Of a stretch of DNA of 64,000 nucleotides, positions 30,956 through 40,392 are shown piece by piece. Origin of the DNA: Bacteroidales bacterium (lineage in GTDB: Bacteria > Bacteroidota > Bacteroidia > Bacteroidales > UBA3663); NCBI GenBank assembly GCA_045576355.1, contig JAZNGG010000061.1:63727-127726 (forward strand). Reading direction: 5' to 3'. The position numbers were made by a program, and so were the translations under genes. Within the stretch, counting starts at the first letter, position 1, and each line of letters begins with the position of its first letter. The notes under the pieces are model-generated. The model worked only from the letters and a program-made list of their open reading frames with translations. It was not told the origin of the DNA and made no database searches.

Positions 30956-32968
30956 ATGAGGAGAGTAGGATTGTTGGTTTTATTCGTTGTATTGTTTTCA
31001 TGTTCACTCTTTGCAGAGAGTGGAAAGGAACTTTGGTTACGAGCCGAAAAGGGACAAAACTCTCAAGTGGTTGTTAAAGGAAAAAGAGATGTTACCATAG
31101 ATATTGCTGCCCAGGAACTACAAGAGACTTGGCGAGGGAAAACGGTCTGTTTGCAAGTGAAAAAAAGGAAAGGAGTTCCGGCCGAGTCGTTTATGATAGA
31201 CTTTCGAGATGATATTACAAAGATATCCTCACCTTCCTCTATTGGAGTGCTTTATGGGACATTTCATTTGCTTAGATTGCAAGAGTCTTGTATGCTACCT
31301 TCTGATACGTTGATTGAAGAATGTCCGATGTATGAAAGACGTCTGCTGAATCATTGGGACAATTTGGATGGAACTATCGAACGTGGTTATGCAGGTAAGA
31401 GTTTGTGGCAGTGGAGAGATCTCCCTGATAATAAATCTCCCCGTTATCAAGAGTATGCACGAGCCAATGCTTCTATAGGTATAAATGGTACAGTTTTGAA
31501 TAATGTCAATGCTTCATCTCAGATCCTTTCTAAGGATTATTTGCTTAAGGTAAAAACTTTAGCAGATATTTTCCGTCCCTATGGTATCCGAGTTTATCTC
31601 TCTATTAATTTTGCATCACCTATCCAATTATCGCAATTGCCAACAGCTGATCCTCTAAATGAGGAAGTTCGTCACTGGTGGAAAAATAAAGTCAATGAGA
31701 TATATCATATAATTCCTGACTTTGGAGGTTTTTTGGTGAAAGCTAATAGCGAGGGCCAGCCCGGACCATGTGATTATAACCGGACTCATGCTGAAGGGGC
31801 AAATATGTTGGCAGAGGCATTAAAGCCTCATGGTGGAGTTGTCATGTGGAGGGCATTTGTTTATAATCCATCGGATGCGGATCGAGCCAAGCAAGCTTAC
31901 ATAGAATTCCAGCCATTGGATGGAAAATTTATGGATAATGTAATCGTTCAGATTAAGAATGGTCCTGTAGATTTTCAACCGAGAGAGCCCTATAGTCCCT
32001 TGTTTGGCGCTATGCCACAAACCGAAGAGATGGTAGAGTTCCAAATTACTCAAGAGTATTTAGGTCATTCAAATCATATCGCTTTTTTAGCTCCTATGTG
32101 GAATGAGTTTTTTGGATTTGTATCTCCTTCTTCACTTACTGCTATTTCCGGAGTTTCAAATATTGGCGATGATGAAAACTGGTGCGGACATCCATTTGCA
32201 CAAGCAAATTGGTATGCTTATGGACGTTTAGCATGGAATCCCTCTCTCTCTTCGGAACAAATCGCTCGAGAATGGTTGTATCAGTCATTTGACCTCCAAG
32301 GACATTCAGAAGTAGAAGAGGGGCTTCTTGATTTAATGTTGAAGAGTCATGAAGCTGTGGTGGACTATATGATGCCTTTAGGATTACATCATTTATTTGC
32401 TTGGGGGCATCATTATGGACCTGAACCTTGGTGTGCGGTAGCCGGTGCCAGACCAGATTGGATGCCATCATATTATCATCGAGCAGATTCAGAAGGATTA
32501 GGTTTTGATCGTTCTTCACGAGGCAGTAATGCGACCTCTCAATATCCTAAGAAATGGGGTAAAATAGTGGACGATCCAACGACTTGTCCAGAAGAATATC
32601 TTTTATGGTTTCATCATGTGCCGTGGAGTTATAAACTTAAAACAGGTCGAACCTTGTGGGAAGAACTTTGCTATCGTTATGACCGAGGGGTAAAGTCTGT
32701 ACGGCACTTCCAACACCTATGGGCTGCCGTCAAACCTTATGTCGATCAAGAACGATACGAAGATGTAACCCTCAGACTGCAAACTCAAGTACGTGATGCA
32801 CAATGGTGGAAGGATGCTTGTTTGCTTTATTTTGGTCAGTTTTCAAAGATGCCCATACCGGAGAGTGTAGAGATGCCCATTCATAATTTAGAGGAATTAC
32901 AAAAAGTCAATTTAGGAATCTCTAATTATGAATGTCCTACACCTTCTTTGCTGAATCAAAAACGATAA
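30956..32968 (+). CDS. Alpha-glucuronidase, GH67
   Basis: Signal peptide, 'GKELWLR', 'LNHWDNLDGTIERGYAG', 'GGFLVKANSEGQPGP', 'EFQITQEYLG'. The size of ~670 aa fits GH67. Confidence 0.88.
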   Translation: MRRVGLLVLFVVLFSCSLFAESGKELWLRAEKGQNSQVVVKGKRDVTIDIAAQELQETWRGKTVCLQVKKRKGVPAESFMIDFRDDITKISSPSSIGVLYGTFHLLRLQESCMLPSDTLIEECPMYERRLLNHWDNLDGTIERGYAGKSLWQWRDLPDNKSPRYQEYARANASIGINGTVLNNVNASSQILSKDYLLKVKTLADIFRPYGIRVYLSINFASPIQLSQLPTADPLNEEVRHWWKNKVNEIYHIIPDFGGFLVKANSEGQPGPCDYNRTHAEGANMLAEALKPHGGVVMWRAFVYNPSDADRAKQAYIEFQPLDGKFMDNVIVQIKNGPVDFQPREPYSPLFGAMPQTEEMVEFQITQEYLGHSNHIAFLAPMWNEFFGFVSPSSLTAISGVSNIGDDENWCGHPFAQANWYAYGRLAWNPSLSSEQIAREWLYQSFDLQGHSEVEEGLLDLMLKSHEAVVDYMMPLGLHHLFAWGHHYGPEPWCAVAGARPDWMPSYYHRADSEGLGFDRSSRGSNATSQYPKKWGKIVDDPTTCPEEYLLWFHHVPWSYKLKTGRTLWEELCYRYDRGVKSVRHFQHLWAAVKPYVDQERYEDVTLRLQTQVRDAQWWKDACLLYFGQFSKMPIPESVEMPIHNLEELQKVNLGISNYECPTPSLLNQKR

Positions 32969-32982
32969 GTAACACCAACCGA

Positions 32983-35900
32983 TTACCAATCTTTACTATC
33001 GGATATTTTATTGGAGTCAATATACCAGATGTAACCTCGTATTTTACTAAATCCCATTTGAGAGAGTAGGTGCATGTAGTGTTTGACTTGTGCTCTATAT
33101 CCTTTATGAGGTTGCCCTGTCTTATAGTCTATTACTGAAACGTTCCCTTGATTATCTATTATGATACGATCGGGACGTTTCATTTCTTTATTAAGGGAAA
33201 TGATGTTGTGTTCGTTAAGAACTCTTTGCCCGGGAAGAAACCAATGTGCTGTCGATGGATGGGATACTCTCTCTTTAATGAGTTTTTTCATCTCATTCCG
33301 TTCGATAATGGTTTCGTCTAATAATCCAATATTGTATAGATGGTCTATGGGTGTTTCAATACTTTTGTTGTCTATGATTGCTGCCATAGCAATATGTATC
33401 AGATTGCCTCGTATGATGGCTGCATCGTGCTCTGACTGTTGACTTAGTTTTTGGCTCAGCCGTGGGAGAGTTTTGTGACGATATGCTTTTTCATGTTCTA
33501 CATTTGTGGTGTTGCCTTGTGGGTTATCAAGTGGATTATAATCTTCTTTACTTTCGTCGTTATTGTTAGAAAACTGTATAGAACTTCTTGCAGAAGGATC
33601 TGATCCGGGTTTTAAACACATGCCCCATTCTGTTTTATTTTCTTTTTGTGTGAAGTTTGACAGATAGTTTGATAATTTCGAAGACTTTCCTTTCCCCTCT
33701 TTGGGTTTAGGTCCTATGAGTATAAGTGCGCTTTTAGCTCTGGTAAAACCAACATATACTGTGTTGATATTGTCGATAATAATCCGCAATCGTTCTGCTT
33801 GAAAATCATCATTAAAGATGGTTTTATGTATTTGACTATTTAATGAAATTGGAAGAATTAAGTTTTCTTTACCTAAAATTTTGTCCTGAGGTTTGCACCA
33901 AATGATATTCTTTTTTTTAGTGTCGATGTCCATTTCCCAATCAGAAAATGGGATAATAACAGCCGGCATACCCAATCCCTTAGACGCATGTATAGTCATT
34001 ATTTGGATAGCATTTTGTTCTGCAGGAGTTTCTATCGTTTTCTTTGATCCAGTGTTTTTCCACCATTCCAAAAATGCAGATAAATCTGGTGTTTGTTGTG
34101 AAGAAAATTCTAATACAAGATCTTTAAATGATTGTACAAAAACTATATCGCTATGATCTTGATTCGGTAATATACTTATTACTTCTTCTATCAATTCATA
34201 TATGGGTAAATGTCGGATTTCGTGGGGATTAAGGGGCATTTCCTTTCCGTTAAAGTATCTTTGTAAAGCTTCATCGGCCGTGAGCCCGGAAAGTTGGTAA
34301 TAATTACATGCTGCAACAGCTTTGTTGATTTCTGAATTTGGGTTCTGCAAAAATTGGAGTAAACTTATGATAGCTTGTATGACAGGACGAGAAGTAAGAA
34401 ATAAAGCTTCGCTGGAAATAGTATTAAAGTTGTACGGAGACTCCGGATGCTCTTTTTTATATCTCATTAGTGCTTCTACTGCTGCAGCACAAATAACTTT
34501 CGTACGAGCAATAATAGCAATGTCTTTAGCTTCATAACCATTTTGCTGTAACTGAATTACCTTCTCCGGAATCTTTTCGGCTATCTTTGTTATTTTGTCG
34601 TTTTCTTTAGGTCTTTCTTCAAATTCTACGAAGTCTATTTTTACCCACCCTTCACCTTCTTTCTTCTTAGCAGAAGGGATTTGTTGCTCAACATCCGCAT
34701 ATATTTCAGTGATGTCATGGTTATCTTCTTTCTGTTCAACATTGAATAAATTTTCAAGACTTAAGGAAAGATGGGGGAAAAATTTGTTATTGAAGTTTAT
34801 AATTTCAGCTGATGAACGCCAATTAGTGCGCAATGTGCTATTATCATCGTGTCTTAGATTACGTTCATAATTGTTGATTTTAGAGTGTAATAATCCCCAA
34901 TCACTTCCTCGCCAACGATAAATGCTTTGTTTGACATCTCCTACTATTAGATTTTTATGCCCCATAGAGAGGGCATTGCTGAGTAACGGCTTGAAATTAT
35001 TCCATTGCATTCCAGAAGTGTCCTGAAACTCGTCTATCATGAAATGGTTGATTCTTGTGCCTATTTTTTCATAAATAAATGGGGCATCTTCGGTACCTAT
35101 CAGTCGATTAAGTAACTCTGTCGTGTTACTTAACATCATAATACACTCATCGGCACAATATTGTCGAATCTCTTTATCAATACTTGCTAAGATTCCGAGT
35201 TGGTATATGTTTTTACTAATTGTCAGAGCACTCTGAAAACGGATATAGTCTTCCTCAAAAAAAGAAATGCATTGCAGAAAGTGATTCTGAATATCATCAA
35301 TGGTTTCTAGTGGTAATGGCCCTTGGAGCTGGTTCTTTTTGGCAAACCATTTGTTCGGTTCTTGAGTCAGAGAAATGAATCTTTTTCCAGGTTCTTTCAT
35401 TTCTCCGTTTTGCCATTCTAATAGAATCTTGGGAAATCCATAAGCAAAATCTTCGGGGGCTAATCCATATCTTTTAAGGAGCGTAATACCCTCTTCTCCA
35501 AGTTCATTCAATGTTTGTTTTCCAGATTTGATGATCTGTTTAAGTTGTCGAATATAATCTTTTAGTGCTTTTTTGTCGCTGGTAAACTTTGCGATTTCAT
35601 CACCATATATTTTATAGTCTTCTTGGGTAAGGACTTGTGCAATGTTATATAATTCTTTCTTTAGATCCCAACTGCTGCCTTGGCTAATACGATCATTGGA
35701 GAAACTCAATAACCACTCCAATTCAGTTTTGTCTTCGTTCTGACCTACATTCTCTATAAAAGCATTTACAGCGGCTTCTATGATGGGTTTACTGTCAAGA
35801 TTAATTTCGTAACTTCCCTGAATGTTTAGTTCTCTTGCAAATGAACGAACGATTTTCTGAAAAAAACTATCTATCGTGCTTATATTAAAATTGGAATAGT

Positions 35901-36216
35901 CGTTGAGTATATTGGTTAAAATATCTTTTGCTTTTTGGCAAATTTCTTCTTCTTTATTCTTCCCCTTGGGATTAATTTCTTCGTAATAGTGAGATTGGGT
36001 CGGATCTGTACTTAGTATTTTAAGTTCTTCGATGATTCGACTTTTCATTTCTGCTGTAGCTTTGTTGGTAAAAGTCACAGCCAGAATTTCATCAAAAAAA
36101 GCGGTTCTGTTTAAATTAGGAGAAGATAGATTCTGCTGAAAAAGCAGTTTGATATAGAATCCGGTCAAAAGATGAGTTTTCCCGGATCCGGCAGAGGCAC
36201 GATAGACGTAAAGCAT
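32983..36216 (-). CDS. UvrD/Rep-type helicase fused to a C-terminal PD-(D/E)XK nuclease (AddA/RecB-like)
   Basis: Walker A 'ASAGSGKTHLLT', 'AVTFTNKATAEM', 'MIDEFQDTS', 'VGDVKQSIYRWRG', 'IMTIHASKGL', 'VYVGFTRAK'. C-terminal 'RPDRIIID..VSVIDYKTG' nuclease motif. Confidence 0.85.
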   Translation of the reverse strand: MLYVYRASAGSGKTHLLTGFYIKLLFQQNLSSPNLNRTAFFDEILAVTFTNKATAEMKSRIIEELKILSTDPTQSHYYEEINPKGKNKEEEICQKAKDILTNILNDYSNFNISTIDSFFQKIVRSFARELNIQGSYEINLDSKPIIEAAVNAFIENVGQNEDKTELEWLLSFSNDRISQGSSWDLKKELYNIAQVLTQEDYKIYGDEIAKFTSDKKALKDYIRQLKQIIKSGKQTLNELGEEGITLLKRYGLAPEDFAYGFPKILLEWQNGEMKEPGKRFISLTQEPNKWFAKKNQLQGPLPLETIDDIQNHFLQCISFFEEDYIRFQSALTISKNIYQLGILASIDKEIRQYCADECIMMLSNTTELLNRLIGTEDAPFIYEKIGTRINHFMIDEFQDTSGMQWNNFKPLLSNALSMGHKNLIVGDVKQSIYRWRGSDWGLLHSKINNYERNLRHDDNSTLRTNWRSSAEIINFNNKFFPHLSLSLENLFNVEQKEDNHDITEIYADVEQQIPSAKKKEGEGWVKIDFVEFEERPKENDKITKIAEKIPEKVIQLQQNGYEAKDIAIIARTKVICAAAVEALMRYKKEHPESPYNFNTISSEALFLTSRPVIQAIISLLQFLQNPNSEINKAVAACNYYQLSGLTADEALQRYFNGKEMPLNPHEIRHLPIYELIEEVISILPNQDHSDIVFVQSFKDLVLEFSSQQTPDLSAFLEWWKNTGSKKTIETPAEQNAIQIMTIHASKGLGMPAVIIPFSDWEMDIDTKKKNIIWCKPQDKILGKENLILPISLNSQIHKTIFNDDFQAERLRIIIDNINTVYVGFTRAKSALILIGPKPKEGKGKSSKLSNYLSNFTQKENKTEWGMCLKPGSDPSARSSIQFSNNNDESKEDYNPLDNPQGNTTNVEHEKAYRHKTLPRLSQKLSQQSEHDAAIIRGNLIHIAMAAIIDNKSIETPIDHLYNIGLLDETIIERNEMKKLIKERVSHPSTAHWFLPGQRVLNEHNIISLNKEMKRPDRIIIDNQGNVSVIDYKTGQPHKGYRAQVKHYMHLLSQMGFSKIRGYIWYIDSNKISDSKDW

Positions 36217-36228
36217 GGTATTAATAAA

Positions 36229-36621
36229 TTATCCGCCTATTAAGCGACATTTGTATCCTTCTTTTTCAAGGATTTCCACCACTTTTTTTCGGCAATCTCC
36301 TTGAATAAGTATTTGTCCATCATAAGGGTCTTCGCTATTGAAACAGTGAGACCCTCCTGCTCCAATGCGACTTTGTAGCAGTTTGGTGAGGCGTTTCAAC
36401 TCTTGTTCTTCTCCTTGAAACTCTGTAATCAATGTAGCCGCTTTCCCTTTTCTGCCATGCTTATCTAATTCTACACGAAGTTTTCCTCGTTTAGAGATGG
36501 TTGCTGAATTTGTTTCGAGTCCTTTTTCATTACTCCTAGTTTCAGCTTCTTGTTTAATGTCTTTTAATTCCTCGCCAAATCTGTTGGCAAGCAAATCTTT
36601 CCAGTCGTTGTTTGTTTTCAT
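36229..36621 (-). CDS. SUI1/YciH-family translation initiation factor-like protein
   Basis: C-terminal SUI1 domain ('RKGKAATLITEF..KLLQSRIGAGGS....ILIQGDCRKKVVEILEKEGY'). The ATG at 36621 (MKTNNDWKDLL) is preferred over 36642. Confidence 0.8.
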   Translation of the reverse strand: MKTNNDWKDLLANRFGEELKDIKQEAETRSNEKGLETNSATISKRGKLRVELDKHGRKGKAATLITEFQGEEQELKRLTKLLQSRIGAGGSHCFNSEDPYDGQILIQGDCRKKVVEILEKEGYKCRLIGG

Positions 36622-36756
36622 CGCTTGCGAAGATAGAATCAAAAGACGAAAATTGCAAATAAATTGATACTAAATCCTATAAACTGCAATCTGAAACATT
36701 AGGAAATAACTAAATTATTACATATCTTCGCACACAATAACTCTTAATATGTTTGT

Positions 36757-37365
36757 ATGATGAAAAAGAGACTTGTTTTTGTGACTAATAATGTGCATAA
36801 GATCCAGGAAGTCAGAAACCTATTAGAATCTTTGGGAGAGGGCGTTGCAGAGAAATATGAGATACTCTCATTGTCGGATATAGGGTGTACGGAAGACATC
36901 CCGGAAACGGCAGATAGCTTTGTGGGTAATGCTACACAAAAGGCTGAATATGTGAAGATGCACTTCGGATATGATTGTTTTGCAGACGATAGTGGACTGG
37001 AAGTATATGCTTTGGATATGGCACCGGGGGTACATTCTGCTCGTTATGCTACTGAAAATGGGCATGATTCTGAAGCTAATATTCAGAAGTTGATGTCTGA
37101 GTTAGAGGGTGTTAATGATCGTAGTGCCAGATTTCGGACTGTCATTGTTTTGTTAATTAACAATGAATCTTATGTGTTTGAGGGTGTTTGCCCGGGAGAG
37201 ATTACTGTGAACAGATCCGGCTGCAAGGGGTTCGGTTATGACCCTGTATTTCGTCCAGAAGGCTATGATCAAACATTTGCAGAGATGGAAATGTCTCAAA
37301 AAAATAAAATTAGTCATCGGGGAAAAGCTGTAACAGCGTTAGCCGATTGGTTGAAAAAACATTGA
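36757..37365 (+). CDS. rdgB: Non-canonical purine NTP pyrophosphatase (RdgB/HAM1)
   Basis: 'LVFVTNNVHKIQE', 'ETADSFVGNATQKA', 'ADDSGLEV', 'PGVHSARY', 'GFGYDPVF', 'KNKISHRGKA'. Confidence 0.9.
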   Translation: MMKKRLVFVTNNVHKIQEVRNLLESLGEGVAEKYEILSLSDIGCTEDIPETADSFVGNATQKAEYVKMHFGYDCFADDSGLEVYALDMAPGVHSARYATENGHDSEANIQKLMSELEGVNDRSARFRTVIVLLINNESYVFEGVCPGEITVNRSGCKGFGYDPVFRPEGYDQTFAEMEMSQKNKISHRGKAVTALADWLKKH

Positions 37366-37393
37366 TTTGTAACTTAAAGACTTGTATCCACAA

Positions 37394-39523
37394 ATGATAA
37401 ATCCTATATTTTCAACTCTTATTGCATCACAACTTGAACTTTCAGAGAAGTCTGTTCGCGGAGTTCTACAATTGTTAGATGATGGGTGTTCTATTCCTTT
37501 TATCAGTCGTTATCGCAAAGAACAAACCGGCTCGATGGATGAGGTAAATGTTGCTTCCATTGCTGATATGAGTGAAAAGTTGCAGACTCTAGAGAAGCGT
37601 AAGGAAACAATTTTGTCCACTATTGAAGAGCAGGAGAAACTTACTCCCGAATTGAAGAGTCGTATTACGGCTTGTTGGGATGCAACTGTTTTGGAAGATA
37701 TTTATTTGCCCTATAAGCCCAAGCGACGCACTCGAGCAGAGGTAGCTCGTAAGGCCGGACTGGAACCTTTGGCTTCTTTTTTGATGATGCAGACTGAGCA
37801 GTCAGCAGAACAGAAAGCACGCCAATTTGTCAATGAAAAGTTAGGAGTTTTATCTGCAAATGATGCTTTAAAAGGAGCATGTGACATTATTGCAGAAATG
37901 GTTTCAGAAGATGAGAAGGCACGCCAGATTGTCCGAAATAATTTTTCAAAAGAGTCGATAGTCTCTTCTCGTGTTATTAAAGGAAAAGAGGCTGAAGCGC
38001 AAAAATATAGAGATTATTTTGATTTTTCTCAGCCACTCAAACGTTGCCCTTCTCATCGTTTACTGGCAATCAGGCGAGGAGAACAGGAAGGGTATTTAAA
38101 AGTGTCGATAACTGGAAATGACGATCTGCTTCAAGAAAAAATACGAAGGCTTTATGTCCGTAATCATACCTCTTCAGCTCGTTATGTAGAAGATGCTATT
38201 AAGGATGGTTATAAACGCCTTTTAGAGCCATCTATTGAGACAGAGTTTGCCGCTTTATCTAAAGAGAAAGCGGATGAAGAGGCAATTAAAGTGTTTGCTT
38301 CCAATTTGCAACAACTTCTTTTGTCGCCACCCTTGGGTCAGAAGAGAGTAATGGCGATTGATCCGGGGTTTCGAACCGGATGTAAGGTGGTATGCTTGGA
38401 TTCAGAAGGTAATTTGCTGCATAATGATGTAATCTATCCACATCCTCCTAAACAAAATGTTGTCGATGCCGCTACTGCTATTCGTAATATGGTGCAGCAT
38501 TATCAAGTCGAAGCCATATCTATCGGTAATGGTACCGCAAGCCGAGAAACAGAGGAATTCATCAGAGGGCTCTCCTTGGCCGGTGTGGATATCTATGTTG
38601 TCAGTGAGGATGGAGCGAGTATTTATTCTGCTTCTAAAGTGGCTCGAGAGGAATTTCCAAACGAAGATGTAACTGTAAGAGGTGCCGTTTCCATTGGTCG
38701 TCGATTGATGGATCCTCTTGCCGAATTGGTAAAGATTGATCCTAAATCAATAGGAGTGGGGCAATATCAATATGATGTCAATCAGACATTATTAAAAAAA
38801 CAACTGGACCAAACCGTCGTATATTGTGTAAACTCTGTTGGCGTAAATGTCAATACTGCCAGTAAGCATTTGTTGACTTATGTCTCCGGATTAGGTCCGA
38901 CATTGGCACAAAACATAGTCGATTATCGGAAAGAGCATGGTGCTTTTGCATCTCGTAAAGAATTACTAAAGGTCCCTCGTATGGGGGAGAAGGCTTTCGA
39001 ACAGTCTGCCGGTTTTTTGAGGATTTCAGCAGGAAAGTATCCTTTAGATAATTCTGCAGTTCATCCGGAACGATATGCCTTGGTAGAACGTATGGCACAA
39101 GATTTAGGAACTTCTGTTAATGATTTGTTGCAAAGCAAAGAATTACGATCGAAAATCCAATTAGGAAGATATGTCTCATCTGAGGTCGGAATGCCTACAC
39201 TTCTGGATATTATGACGGAATTAGATAAACCGGGACGTGATCCTCGTAAGAGATTAGAAGCATTCCGGTTTGATCCTACAGTAAAAGAACTTTCCGACTT
39301 GAAGGTGGGAATGATTTTGCCGGGGATAGTAACAAATATAACGGAATTTGGGTGTTTTGTCGATGTAGGTATTCATGTTAAAGGCTTGGTACATATCTCT
39401 CAAATGTCGGATAGATATGTAAAATCTCCATCTGAAGTTGTAGCTTTGCATCAACATGTTTCTGTCAAAGTTATTGGTATTGACGAATCGCGAGCGCGTT
39501 TCCAACTCTCGCTGAGGATTTAG
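37394..39523 (+). CDS. tex: Tex-like transcription accessory protein (YqgF, HhH and S1 domains)
   Basis: 'VRGVLQLLDDGCSIPFISRYRKEQTG', 'AIDPGFRTGCK', C-terminal S1 'GIVTNITEFGCFVDVG..GLVHISQMSD'. The ATG at 37394 is preferred over the TTG at 37382. Confidence 0.9.
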   Translation: MINPIFSTLIASQLELSEKSVRGVLQLLDDGCSIPFISRYRKEQTGSMDEVNVASIADMSEKLQTLEKRKETILSTIEEQEKLTPELKSRITACWDATVLEDIYLPYKPKRRTRAEVARKAGLEPLASFLMMQTEQSAEQKARQFVNEKLGVLSANDALKGACDIIAEMVSEDEKARQIVRNNFSKESIVSSRVIKGKEAEAQKYRDYFDFSQPLKRCPSHRLLAIRRGEQEGYLKVSITGNDDLLQEKIRRLYVRNHTSSARYVEDAIKDGYKRLLEPSIETEFAALSKEKADEEAIKVFASNLQQLLLSPPLGQKRVMAIDPGFRTGCKVVCLDSEGNLLHNDVIYPHPPKQNVVDAATAIRNMVQHYQVEAISIGNGTASRETEEFIRGLSLAGVDIYVVSEDGASIYSASKVAREEFPNEDVTVRGAVSIGRRLMDPLAELVKIDPKSIGVGQYQYDVNQTLLKKQLDQTVVYCVNSVGVNVNTASKHLLTYVSGLGPTLAQNIVDYRKEHGAFASRKELLKVPRMGEKAFEQSAGFLRISAGKYPLDNSAVHPERYALVERMAQDLGTSVNDLLQSKELRSKIQLGRYVSSEVGMPTLLDIMTELDKPGRDPRKRLEAFRFDPTVKELSDLKVGMILPGIVTNITEFGCFVDVGIHVKGLVHISQMSDRYVKSPSEVVALHQHVSVKVIGIDESRARFQLSLRI

Positions 39524-39667
39524 GAGGGGACTTATTTTGGGGATGCCTAAAATTATTATTACATCTTTTGTTAGTTCCGTTACGTGTATGATGCCGCCGA
39601 GAGAAGTGGTGCATAATACCGTAGAGAGTAGTGCATGACGCCGCCGTGTAATATGTCCTATAAAAAA

Positions 39668-39700
39668 AGAAATTGCGCCAAATCATTTGACGCAATTTCT
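39668..39700. terminator. Bidirectional terminator between tex and tRNA-Gly
   Basis: AGAAATTGCG / CGCAATTTCT perfect 10-bp stem, A-run upstream and T-run downstream. Confidence 0.7.
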
Positions 39701-39710
39701 TTTTTAAGAG

Positions 39711-39783
39711 AGCGATAGACGGGACTCGAACCCGCGACCCTCGGCTTGGGAAGCCGATGCTCTACCAACTGAGCTACTATCGC
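39711..39783 (-). tRNA. tRNA-Gly (anticodon CCC)
   Basis: Hand-folded cloverleaf. Acceptor GCGATAG/CTATCGC, D stem GCTC/GAGC, anticodon stem TCGGC/GCCGA with loop TTCCCAA, T stem GCGGG/CCCGT with loop TTCGAGT, discriminator U. 73 nt, no encoded CCA. Confidence 0.9.
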
Positions 39784-39848
39784 ATTCCTTTATTTTAAAT
39801 CGAGATTATATTATCTGCTTACTCTTGGGATATGATAGCTTCTCTTTT

Positions 39849-40349
39849 TTAACTATTTACTAACGAAGCCATCATTGTTACCATTTTCAAAGCTGCTTCA
39901 GCACACTCTGTTCCCTTGTTACCCAAGCGACCTCCTGCACGTTCTTTGGCTTGCTCTAAATTTTCTGTAGTTAAGACACCGAAAATGTAAGGGATGTCAC
40001 TATGTAAGTTTAATTCTGTTACACCAATGGTGATACTTTGACAAACATAATCAAAATGAGGAGTATCCCCTTTGATGACACAACCCAAAACAATCACGGC
40101 ACTTGGCTCTTTGATGATTGCCATCTGTCTTGCTCCGAATGTTAATTCTACTGTTCCCGGAACATGGCTGATGTATATGTCTTCATCTGTCAGACCGCAT
40201 TCTTTTAACTTGGATACAGCTCCTTCGAGCATTGCACCTGTGATTTCTGAGTTCCACTCTGCTACAACGATTCCTACGCTTGCATTACTACACGACGGAA
40301 GGTCTATCGACGAGGGAACATCTGTTTGTTGGTGTAATTCGGTTGCCAT
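39849..40349 (-). CDS. ribH: 6,7-dimethyl-8-ribityllumazine synthase
   Basis: 'VGIVVAEWNSEIT', 'VPGTVELT', 'VIVLGCVIKGDTPHFDYV', 'IPYIFGVLT'. Confidence 0.92.
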   Translation of the reverse strand: MATELHQQTDVPSSIDLPSCSNASVGIVVAEWNSEITGAMLEGAVSKLKECGLTDEDIYISHVPGTVELTFGARQMAIIKEPSAVIVLGCVIKGDTPHFDYVCQSITIGVTELNLHSDIPYIFGVLTTENLEQAKERAGGRLGNKGTECAEAALKMVTMMASLVNS

Positions 40350-40392
40350 GGCAGTCTTTGTTTATGATGAGTATATCTTCTCGGTTTAAATA

